A stretch of 64,000 nt of DNA, taken from NCBI GenBank assembly GCA_965208105.1, contig OZ242318.1:3680001-3744000 (forward strand), written 5' to 3'. The stretch is from Candidatus Latescibacterota bacterium. Lineage in GTDB: Bacteria; Latescibacterota; UBA2968; UBA8231. A program made the translations under genes and the position numbers. Under the pieces are notes generated by a model that did no database searches, was not told the DNA's origin, and saw nothing but the letters and a program-made list of their open reading frames with translations. Below are positions 1-10,400 of the stretch, one piece after another (positions within the stretch are counted from its first letter, which is position 1; every line of letters begins with the position of its first letter).

Positions 1-663
1 GTCTTCACCTCCTCCATCGCCGTCTACGGCCGCAACCAGCTTCCCATGCGCGAGGACCTGGTCCCGGCCCCGGAAGATCCCTACGGCATCGCCAAGTACG
101 CCGTCGAGCTGGAGCTCGCCGCGTCTCACGAGATGTTCGGCCTGCCCTACCTCGTCTTCCGCCCCCACAACGTCTACGGCGAGCGCCAGAACCTCGGGGA
201 CAGGTACCGCAACGTCATCGGCATCTTCATGAACCAGATCATGCGCGGCGAGGCGCTCACCGTGTTCGGCGACGGCAGCCAGTCCCGCGCCTTCAGCCAC
301 ATCGACGAGGTCGCCCCGGTGATCGCCGGGTCGATTGAAAGGCCGGAGGCCTTCGGCCAGATCTTCAACACGGGCTCGGACGTTGCCTCTTCCATCAACG
401 AGCTGATCGAGGTGGTGGGCAGGGCCATGGGAGTTGCTCCGAAGGTGGACTACCTGCCGGCGCGGCGCGAGGTCCTGCACGCCTACGCTACCCACGACAG
501 GGTGAAGGAAGTGTTCGGGGATTTGATCGAGGAGGTCCCGCTGGAGCAGGGTGTCGGGCGCATGGCGAAGTGGGCGCGCCGCCACGGCGCCCGTCAGAGC
601 AGGAAGTTCAATAACATCGAGGTGCGCAGGAACCTGCCGCCCTCCTGGGCCGGGGGTGATTGA
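1..663 (+). CDS. NAD-dependent epimerase/dehydratase (extended SDR), 5'-truncated by window edge
   Basis: Frame open from base 1 (VFTSSIAVYG...); catalytic YxxxK motif (PYGIAKY), RPHNVYG and GDGSQSRAF typical of sugar epimerases. Confidence 0.9.
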   Translation, partial: VFTSSIAVYGRNQLPMREDLVPAPEDPYGIAKYAVELELAASHEMFGLPYLVFRPHNVYGERQNLGDRYRNVIGIFMNQIMRGEALTVFGDGSQSRAFSHIDEVAPVIAGSIERPEAFGQIFNTGSDVASSINELIEVVGRAMGVAPKVDYLPARREVLHAYATHDRVKEVFGDLIEEVPLEQGVGRMAKWARRHGARQSRKFNNIEVRRNLPPSWAGGD

Positions 664-785
664 GCCGTGGGCAGGAGGGTTGCAAGGGTGTGCGCTCGTC
701 CCGGGCGCCTCGAAGGGTCCCCCGGTCGGGCGTTGCGGCCTGAAAGAGGATGCGGGGGAGAGCTGATCGCCAAGCGGAGGCGGGC

Positions 786-1355
786 ATGCCGGTGAGGCTG
801 AACATCGGCTGCGGGGACGATCTCCGCCCGGGCTACCTCAACATCGACCGGTTTGCGCAGAAGGCCGGCATCAGGATGGACGCTGCCCGGCTGGCCTTCG
901 CCGATGGCTCGGTGGACGAGATCTTCTGCTCGCATGTTTTGGAGCACCTGTCGAAGTACGAGGTGCCGGGCCTTCTCGAAGAGTGGAACCGCGTGCTCAA
1001 ACCCACCGGCCAGGTGGAGATTATCGTGCCCGACCTGCCCTGGTGCATGAGGCAGTGGCTGCGGCTGCCGGATTCGGCGCGCTGGGACTGGGCCCTGGAT
1101 ACCATCTACGGTCTGCAGGATTCCCCCGGAGAGTTCCACAAGACCGGCTTCAGCGCCGGGCGCCTGCATCGCCTCCTGAAGGAGGCCGGCTTCGGCGCCG
1201 TCGAGGTGACCACCCGCTTCGACCACGGCATGCGGTCCATCCGCGCCCTGGCCTCGAACGGCGCAACCGCCACCCCCTCCTCTGGAACCCGCCCCGGCCG
1301 TTGGCTGCGCAAGCAGTTGGTGTTCCTGTTCTACAGAATAGCCTCGCTTTTCTGA
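786..1355 (+). CDS. Class I SAM-dependent methyltransferase (glycan-cluster type)
   Basis: LNIGCG SAM-binding motif, HVLEHL, RVLKPTG...IIVPD; ATG at 786. Confidence 0.85.
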   Translation: MPVRLNIGCGDDLRPGYLNIDRFAQKAGIRMDAARLAFADGSVDEIFCSHVLEHLSKYEVPGLLEEWNRVLKPTGQVEIIVPDLPWCMRQWLRLPDSARWDWALDTIYGLQDSPGEFHKTGFSAGRLHRLLKEAGFGAVEVTTRFDHGMRSIRALASNGATATPSSGTRPGRWLRKQLVFLFYRIASLF

Positions 1356-1374
1356 GGGCTCCATCGGATCGGGC

Positions 1375-2481
1375 TCACCGCCGCCCGGTTGAAATCGCCT
1401 CGAGCCATTTCCGGGCCGTGGATTCCAGGGCGAAATCCATCGCCCGTTTCCGCCCGCCGGCGCCGAGTTTTTCGCGAAGATCAGAATCGAGGATGAGGCG
1501 TTCGAGCTTCTGGTACAATGCCTGCGAATCCTTCTGGGGAACGATGAAGCCGGTGACCCCGTCCTCGACCAGCTCCTTCGGACCGGAGCAGTCCGTCGCC
1601 ACGCAGGGCAGGCCGCAGGCCATGGCCTCCACCAGGGATATACCGAACAACTCCTCCCATCCATCCACCTTGAAGGAGTTCAGCACGAACAGGTCGGCTG
1701 CCTGAAATTCCCCGACCAGCTCCTCCTGATCGGCCACGTGGCCTTTGCAGACCACTCCTCTTCTGTCCTGGATATGCCGCACCTCGGGTCCGCCGCCGAC
1801 GACCACCAGTCTCAGCTGAGGAGTTTTTTCCAGCAGCGACTCGAACACGGAGCAAAGCTCTCTGATGCCCTTTTCCCGCACCACCCTGCCTACATATAGT
1901 AATGTAATGAGTGTCCTTGCCCTTTTTCTGGCCGGGGGGATGAACCGATGAACGTCCACGCTGTGGGGGATATGCCTTGCATCTGCTCCCAACCTGGTCA
2001 GTTCACCGGCGCTCTTGCTGGTCACACACACGGCTTTCGAGCCCTTGAGGAACCGCTCCCAGATCTTCTGGGAGCCCAACCGGGGCTTGTGGACGTAGTG
2101 TTCGCCGTTCCAATAGGGCCAGGAGGTGAAATAGATCACGTTTTTCCCGATGGCCTTCAACAACAGGAGATAGAACCCCATGATGGAACAGGGGGCGAAG
2201 GCAGCGACGATATTCTTCTGAAGCAGTACCCTGAAGGGATGGATGAGGCTTCGCAGCAGCGCGCCCCAGGCGGGTTCTTTCTGGTGGGCGGCTCTTCCGG
2301 TCAATTTTTCGACGAGCTTTCTGCAGAGGGGAGAGCAGTGCCACAGCTTGATCCCGAACCACCTGAAGCCTTTATGGTCGAATACCTTCAGGTCTATTTC
2401 CCCTTGCTCAGCCAAATGGAACAGTGCCCGGTAGTAGTTCCTGTCCGCCGCCGATTCTCCGTAGAGCGCCAGTTTCATCAT
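1375..2481 (-). CDS. Glycosyltransferase family 4 (GT-B)
   Basis: YVGRVVREKG and ELFGISLVEAMACGLPCVATD (EX7E) motifs; true start MMKLAL overlaps the flippase stop. Confidence 0.9.
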   Translation of the reverse strand: MMKLALYGESAADRNYYRALFHLAEQGEIDLKVFDHKGFRWFGIKLWHCSPLCRKLVEKLTGRAAHQKEPAWGALLRSLIHPFRVLLQKNIVAAFAPCSIMGFYLLLLKAIGKNVIYFTSWPYWNGEHYVHKPRLGSQKIWERFLKGSKAVCVTSKSAGELTRLGADARHIPHSVDVHRFIPPARKRARTLITLLYVGRVVREKGIRELCSVFESLLEKTPQLRLVVVGGGPEVRHIQDRRGVVCKGHVADQEELVGEFQAADLFVLNSFKVDGWEELFGISLVEAMACGLPCVATDCSGPKELVEDGVTGFIVPQKDSQALYQKLERLILDSDLREKLGAGGRKRAMDFALESTARKWLEAISTGRR

Positions 2482-3938
2482 GAATCCTCTTTCCTCAGCA
2501 CCTGGCGCAGCGTGCGCAGCTCGTTCAGCAGGGTGCGGCGCTCCAGGCCCAGGAGGGCGGCGCCGTAGGCGAGCCCGAAGAGGGCGGCGCCCAGGACCAG
2601 GGCAACCGGGTCGGCCAATCCCTCGATGAGGGGCTCGGCCCAGAGGCGCAGGGCCCCGGCCGCCGCCGCCGCCAGCAGGGGGGGCGCGAAGCTGCGGACC
2701 CACGGCACCTCGGCGTAGCGGCCGCTGCGGCGCAGGGCCAGCACCGTGCCCACCAGGGCTGCCAGGTTCATGGCCAGGGCGGCGCCTTCGATGCCCAGGC
2801 TGTGGGTGAGCAGCGGCGCCGCGATCACCAGGACCCCTGCCTGGACCGCGGCGAAGGCGGCGAATCCCCGGGTGTCGCCGATACTGCGCAGCAGCGCCTG
2901 CACCGTGTCCAGCAGGGGGCGGCAGAGGGAGTAGAGCAGCAGCCAGCGCAGAATGGAGGCCAGGGGCAGCCAGCTCTCCCCCAGGAGCAGGCGGGTGATG
3001 ACGGGGATCTCGATGGCGAGGATCACGGAAAAAGGCACCGCGGCGCGCAGGATCAACCTCAGGGTGCGGCGGAAGGCGCCGCCGAGCCGCTCGCGGTCGT
3101 GCTGGTAGCGCGCGAAGACGGTGAGCATGACGCCGGTGAGGGCGTGGGTGAGGGCGCCGGTGGGCAGTTGGGCGAAGACGTGGGCGCGGTCGTAGAACCC
3201 CAGGGCGCGGGGGTCGAGCAGGTGGCCCACAACCAGGCGGTCGAAATGGAGCAGCAGGGTCTGCAGCATGGCCCCGAGCCAGATCCACCCGCCGTAGCCC
3301 AGCATGGCTCGCGCCTCGGCCCGGTCGAAGCCGCAGAGGCGCAGGCGCAGGGGGCTGCGGCGGCGCCAGAGCAGGGCGCAGTAGAGCGCGGCGTAGGCGA
3401 TGCCGTAGGTGGAGTGGCTGAGGATGAGGGCCCAGATACCGGCGCCGAGCCAGGCCGCGGCCATGCCGGCGGCGGCGGCGGCGATGAGGGCGAGGGCATG
3501 GGCCCCGGCCAGATAGCCGAACTCCAGATCGCGCCGCAGCTGGGTCTCGGCGGTCTGGGCGGTGGCGCGCAGGAGGTCGAAGGCGGCGAATACGGCCATC
3601 GCCGTGGCGACGCCGCGGCCGTAGTGGCCGTCGACGAAGAGGACGGCGAGGCCCACCGCCGCCAGCGTCCCCAAAGCGCTGAGGCCGCTGTTGAGCACAA
3701 AGTGGGTGGGCGCCAGTTCGTCAACGCGCCGGTAGTGGTGCAGCAGGGCATTGTGGAGGCCGAAGTTGCGCAGGGAGACCACCAGGGCGAGCAGGGAGGC
3801 GGCCAGGGCCACGTGGCCGAAGTCCTCCGGGGCGAGGGCGCGGGTGAGGACGACGACGGCGACCCAGTTGACCAGGCGCCCGGCGTAGGCGCTGCTCAGG
3901 GTGTGGACCGCGCCGCGCGCCACCCGCGCCAGCGCCAT
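2478..3938 (-). CDS. Polysaccharide flippase (Wzx/WzxC-like, MOP family)
   Basis: Many hydrophobic TM segments; LTRALAPEDFG and LGFYDRA motifs typical of oligosaccharide flippases. Confidence 0.85.
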   Translation of the reverse strand: MALARVARGAVHTLSSAYAGRLVNWVAVVVLTRALAPEDFGHVALAASLLALVVSLRNFGLHNALLHHYRRVDELAPTHFVLNSGLSALGTLAAVGLAVLFVDGHYGRGVATAMAVFAAFDLLRATAQTAETQLRRDLEFGYLAGAHALALIAAAAAGMAAAWLGAGIWALILSHSTYGIAYAALYCALLWRRRSPLRLRLCGFDRAEARAMLGYGGWIWLGAMLQTLLLHFDRLVVGHLLDPRALGFYDRAHVFAQLPTGALTHALTGVMLTVFARYQHDRERLGGAFRRTLRLILRAAVPFSVILAIEIPVITRLLLGESWLPLASILRWLLLYSLCRPLLDTVQALLRSIGDTRGFAAFAAVQAGVLVIAAPLLTHSLGIEGAALAMNLAALVGTVLALRRSGRYAEVPWVRSFAPPLLAAAAAGALRLWAEPLIEGLADPVALVLGAALFGLAYGAALLGLERRTLLNELRTLRQVLRKEDS

Positions 3939-4305
3939 CCCCTCCTTGCCGTGTGTGGACTGCAAATCTCCGGCCTGGCCTTTCCCGTTTCGGTCGTGGA
4001 GGGCTGATACTAGGGCCGGTGGCGGCGTCCGTCAAGTAGAGCAAGCCGCGGCCGCCGGCCCATTGCGGACATCCTCTCCGGGCAGGAGGCCGAACCGACC
4101 GGGTCAGCGGCAGGGAGCCCAAACGCTTATCAGATGCGGCAAAGGATTTGAAGATTTTTATTGGCAAGGGGAAAAATTGGTGTATATTTAGGGGAGAGTT
4201 GCACTTTTGGCACCTTCCAACATTTGCCTGGAGGGGTCCGGGTAATGTCCAAAATTGTCCAGAAAACCCTTGGGAAGCGGCACCTGTTTGGCATCCAAAA
4301 AATAC

Positions 4306-4334
4306 TTGACACCCCTTACCTTTGGGAGTATATT
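4306..4334 (+). promoter_or_regulatory. Sigma70-type promoter for giant surface protein
   Basis: TTGACA-N17-TATATT in an AT-rich intergenic region. Confidence 0.7.
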
Positions 4335-4491
4335 GAAAAATCTTAATTCGCTAATAAGAGGGGAGGAGAAGCGAATTTCTATGTGTTCATCAATTAGAAG
4401 TAGCATAAAGTTCTGGCGTAAGGTTACCCAACCTAGAGTAACTTCAATTTCATCCTTAAGTCAGGGAAATCACCTGGGGAGGAATTCTACA

Positions 4492-7400
4492 ATGTACAAA
4501 GGGAGCAAGTCTTTACTCCTATTGTTTTCTATCTCCTTACTAGTTGGTATAGGAGCAATAGGTCCGAATGAAGCTGTTGCTCAAAGCACTCCTGGAGTTA
4601 CAGCAACTAGTCCCGCTGCCGGTTATACGTCAGATGACGAAATAACAGAGGGCGGAAGCGAAGATTACACACTGGTGTTGGATTCGCAGCCGACGGGTGA
4701 TGTGACGATAACGATAACTGTGTCGGATGCGGCAGATGTCAACCCGCACGGAATTACGGTGGATCCGATGGAGTTGACGTTTACGCGGGATAACTGGAAT
4801 GAAGCGCAGACAGTGACCGTGAGTGTGGCGGAAGACGATAATGCGGACGACCCAACCACTACGACGTTGACATATGCGATAAGCGGCGCGAATTACGGAG
4901 CGGTAACCCTGACTGCCCTGAGCGTGGATGTCACGGACAACGACTCACGGGGCGTTTTGGTGGATCCGGCGACTCTTTCGGTCGCTGAAAATGGGAGCGC
5001 GACTTATGATGTATGGTTGACTTCCGCGCCTATAGGTGACAACGTCGTGGTCATAGACGTGGGCGGTGCCTCGGATCCCGTGACGGTGGATACGGATAGA
5101 GGCACGGCAGACAATCAGACCACGTTGACCTTTACAGCGGACAACTGGAACCAGCCGCAGACGGTGAGGGTGGCGGCAGCGGAAGACGATGATGCAGATA
5201 GTGAGGAAGTAACGCTGACTAATTCCGCTGGCGGTATTCTCGAGGCTAGTCAAACTGCCGACCCTGGTTATACCTCGGCTGCAACGGCCAGTGTGACTGT
5301 CACCGCCGAGGACAATGATCTGGGCATGGTAGTAGTGACTCCGACGTCGTTGTCGCTGGAGGAAGGTGGGGCCAACAATACCAAAACCTTCGATGTGGTG
5401 TTGGCTTCGGACCCGGGATCTGACATAACAGTGACAGTGACAGTGCCAGATGCGGCGGCGGATGATCCCCCCCACGGGGTTACCGTTGACACGGATGCGA
5501 CAACTGACGGCCACCAACCGGGCGCAACGACAACATTGACATTCACGGCGAACACCGGAACCGCGCCGAATATTGTGACGGGCACCTGGGGCACAGCGCA
5601 GAAAGTGTCGCTGGCCACCGCCGACGACCTTGACGCCATGGATGCTGAGGTAGAGGTGGCGGTTACCATCGAATCCGGCGGCTCTACCACCTACCCGGCC
5701 GGAATGGATATAGATGACGTTACGGTGATGGTGGTGGATGATGACGACGAGGGCTCGGTGGTGGTATCTTCAAACGCGCTTAGTATCGATGAAGGCGGGA
5801 CCAGCACTTATACCGTGGAATTAGGGGGAGAGCCGACATCGCCTTCTGCTGTGGTGACGGTCACCATCGCGTCGTCTTCAGGAGAGCTGAGGGTCGTATC
5901 AAATGGAGTAATGACCTTCACGGATGCTAACTGGAACACTCCGAAGACGGTGACAGTGATTGCAGATGAGGATGCTGACGCGGTTATGGATGATGATGTA
6001 ACGCTGACGCATGCGGTTACGGTGGATGACGGTGGAGCATCAACAGGCAACTACGCTGGTGTTGATGCTGAAGAAGTTATGGTGACGATCGCGGAGAACG
6101 ATGTAGCAGGTGTGAGTGTGACGTCTGCGACATTAGAAATCGTTGAAGGCGCCGAAAAGACCTACACGGTGGTGCTGGATTCGGAGCCGTCGGATAACGT
6201 GACCGTGGAGATCACCTCCAGTAGTGATATGCTCACAGCAGATCCGTCAAGTCTGAGGTTCACGGCTGGTGACTGGAGCACTGCGCAGACGGTGACGCTT
6301 TCGGCAGGGCAGGACGACAACGCGGACCCGAATCCTGATGCGGTTCTGACCCATGACGCCAGCGGTGGCGACTACGATAATGTCGCTGATGTGACGATAA
6401 CGGTGATGATCGAGGAGGATGACGCCGGCGCGGTAGTTGACACAGACCCGGCGATGGACGGTGGGCAGGACGAGTTGTCCATCGAGGAAGGTAAGAGCGG
6501 GACCTATACTGTGGCGCTAGTTTCTAACCCGGGCGGGAACGTGACAGTGACGCCTGTGGCTCCAAGTGGCGCGGACATACAAGTGAGTCCGGCGTTTCTG
6601 ACGTTCACGACCAGTACTTGGGGAGCACCACAGACGGTAACCGTGAAAACGACGGCAGATGCCGATGCGGCCTCAGATGAGGATGTGGTCATCGCCCATC
6701 AGGTCGCTGCTCCGGATGGTTACGAGCTCACCGTGCCGGATGTGACGGTGATGATCACCGAGCTCAACACCCGGTCTGTGACTGTGGCGCCGACGGCTTT
6801 GACGATCACCGAAGGCCAGAGTGGAACCTACTCAGTTGTGCTGACTTCGGAGCCGACCGGCCCGGTAAGTGTGTCTCCCACGGTTCAACCGGGCACGGAC
6901 GTGTCACTGAGTTCGGCGACTCCTCTTCCTCTCACTTTCTCTGCCAGCAATTGGAACCAGCCCCAGATGGTGACGGTGAATGTGGCCCAGGACGACGATA
7001 CGGCCACAGATCCCGCGGTGGTGCTGAGCCACCGGGTGACAGGTGGAGATTACGGTGATCCGGATGGCGATCCTGCTACAGATGACGCTGTGGCGGCTGC
7101 CTCCGTCACGGTGACGATCATGGACGACGACACGCCGATGTTGACCATAGCTCCGACGGCACTGACCGTTGCTGAAGGCGGAAGTGGCACCTACACGGTG
7201 GTGCTGCCGCAAGCGCCTACGGGCGATGTGACGGTGACGGTGACCGGCGCGACGGGTGACGTGACAGTTGCTCCGACCAGTCTGACCTTCACCACGGCAA
7301 ATTACAATACGGCGCAGACGGTGACGGTGAGCGTTGGCGAGGACGACGACGGGGCCACGGACCCGAGTGTGACCCTGACGCACAACGTTGCGGGAGGCGG

Positions 7401-10400
7401 TTATGACGCTTCGGGGTCGGCCGCTCTGACGGTGACGGTGGCAATTACGGAGAACGATGCGCCAGCAGTGACGGTGTCGCCAACGGCGCTGACCCTCGAT
7501 GAAGGCGGGGCGGCAAAGAGCTATACGGTGGTTCTTGCCACTCGACCTTCGGGTGATGTAACGGTGACGGCGACGGCTTCCGCAAAAGTGCAGGTGAACC
7601 CTGCGAGTCTGACCTTCTCCACAAGTAACTGGAACCAGGCGCAGGCCGTAGAGGTAAGCGCCGCGGAGGACGATGACTCTGCCAATGATGAGGTGACCTT
7701 GAAGCACGCAGTGAGCGGCGGAGGCTATGATGCCGTGACTGCGGCCGACGTTATGGTTACTGTTACCGATAATGACCAGCCGGGGGTCCGGGCGAGTCTT
7801 GCAACCTTGTCGATTCTGGAAGGCGAGAGTGGGACTTACACGGTGGTCCTGGCGACCCAGCCCACAGGAGATGTGACCGTGACTCCGGTGGTTCCATCGG
7901 GCACGGACGTCACAGTTGATCCGACCAGTTTGACCTTCACCACGGGAAATTGGGGCACGGAGCAGACTGTGAAGGTAAGCGCGGCGGCTGACGTCGACGA
8001 AACCACCGATGCGGTCGTGACACTGACCCATACGGTGAGCGGCGCCGACTACGCGCAAGTCACAGGCCCTGAAGTGGCTGTAGGTATCAGAGAAGCATCG
8101 TTGGTTGTTAGCGCACAGGTTGCAGAAGTGACCATCAGTGTCCCCGATAGTGGAGTTGTAAGGGGCATTGACTCCGTCCTGACGGCTACCGTGAGGGTCC
8201 TCGATGTTCCGCGGACCCCCGGCCTTGAGGTCGTTATGTACCTCGTAGCCGGTGACAAGGCCGACACGGTGGTAACTGAAAACACCTCCGTCGTCAGGGC
8301 CTTTGACCCCGAAGGCAAATCCTTCGAAAGGGCCGCCACTTCGGCTGAAAGACAAGCAGAATTGGATTTGGTTGAGGCGGCTGTCGGAAAATCCTTGGTG
8401 GCCGCCCACGAAGACAGGAGGCCCTCGGGCGGAGGTATCGCTGCCGGTGCGGGTCTCGTAGCCGTTCGCAAGGCAGTAAATAATGACAAGTCGGTCTTCA
8501 GCACCACCTTTACCGGCGATGCCGACTCGGTTGTTACAAAGGACGTCACCAACGGCGTCCAGTTTACCTGGGAGGTAAAGGTTTCATCTCAGGTCTCCGA
8601 AGTGAAGAGGGTGCGCGTCGCTGCCTTTGTGGTTAACAGAGAAGGCGATGGCGCCGTCGGGGGCGTGAAGATTTCGAAAGCAAGTCAACAGTTCAGCCTT
8701 GACGGCGATCGGCCCATGAACCCCCATGCCTTCGAGAATACGACTGCGAACGGCGCCTTGGAAGAAGACGCCATCGTGGTCACGAATGGCAACCGGGGTG
8801 TGGGAGGCTTCGAAAGGGGAGCCACCACAGTCCTTGGTATCGGCGATTCGCTGTACATGCGTCTCAAGTTAGGACCCGATGTGGCGGCCATACTTGGGGA
8901 CGGCTCCAAATTGGATGTGGCTGCCGTCGTCTTCGGCAAGACGATTGCCGTAGACAGGAGCAACAGGGAATCGGGCAGTGACGTCGTCGAGTTGGACCTG
9001 ATTTTGAAAGAGGATATGTTCGGCTCCGGGACCGAGGGGTGTTGTGCTGGTGACGCGGCTAGTGCGGCCACCGACACTCTCAGGTTTGTATATGTGGACG
9101 GGGCGGGGAACCTATCCGGTGATGTAAATGGTCCTGTCGGAGGAGCCAAAGCTACGACAAACTTCCTCATCGACACCAAAAAGCCCGTGCTGGATGGCCT
9201 GGCCAAAGGCGAGGGCGACACAATTATACCGGTGAGTAACGACACTATATCGGACGGGACCCTGAATGCTGGCTTCCCCAGCGATACCAATACGGTGATC
9301 TGGAAGCTTGCAGAACCTCTGGACAGTCTCTTCATCACCTTTGATGGTGCGGATGTAGATGCCAGTATCAGTATTCCGAACAAGACCTCCAGCATCGGCG
9401 ATCCTGCGTTGCGGAGGGGTTTTGATCGCATCCTTGATTTCACCGAGTTGGGAAATTTGCCTACTGATGACGACTCGGTGCGCGTTCTCATGGTCGATGC
9501 CGATGGGAAAGAAGTCGCTGTGGCCGGGTATAACGGAGGCGACGCCAGTGTTTCCTATAAGCAAAGGCCCGGAGTCAAGGACAATACCGACTCCCTGCTG
9601 ACCGGTCTCCATACTCTCAAGTTGAAGGGTAGGGATTTCGGAGGCAATCTTGGTCCTGAGCTGGAGCGCGAAAATGTCTACGTTGACGTGGACGATATCC
9701 AGTTCGGTCGCTTGTTCCCGACCAAGGCGGGATTCGGCCCAGTCGATAAGGAACGTGTCGACGAAATCAATGCAGAGACTGCTGCAGTGACCTTCCATTT
9801 GAGCGAGCCGGCCGACAGCGTCCTTATTACTTACAAGGGCATTGAGGGCCCGGATGAGGATGGTGTGCGCACCCGGCGTCTGTCGGGCACCGAGTTGATG
9901 CGCACCGATGGCGCTCAGTCGTTCGTGGTGGACTCACTGGAGCACGGTACCAAGTATCAGTTGACGGTGCTGGGCCGCGACATAGCTGGTAACTTCACCA
10001 TGGCCGGTCCGGATACCTTCCTTTATAACACGGATGCCGTGATACCCACGATCAGGCGTTTCGCCGTAAAGGCGACCCGCGGCGGGGACGCTGCCTTGCC
10101 TATCGGCCTCACGGACACCAACCATGTGCCTGCCGGCGGCAAGGTCCTGCTGACCCTTATGGCTGATGCGACTGCTGAGGACGGGATCCCGGCGGTCACC
10201 TATAAGTCTGACGCCATTCTCAAGGTCGACATTGTCGGTTCCACCGCCGCCACCACCGGTATTGCCTTGGAGGGAACCGGTGTCGAAGACATGGGTGGTG
10301 GTCGGGCGGTCCTGAAGGGTCTGGATTGGGTTACCGGCAGCCGAACCGTAACCCTGACCGATTCGGCGACCATCGAAACCTTGATGGTCTCCATCGTTGA

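Noticed and set aside
2482-3288. Long N-terminal extension of the GT4 ORF
   Set aside because: Alternate frame of the flippase; low-complexity Arg/Pro/Gly translation.
4255-4491. N-terminal extension of the giant ORF
   Set aside because: It overlaps the predicted promoter; the RBS and signal peptide point to ATG 4492.
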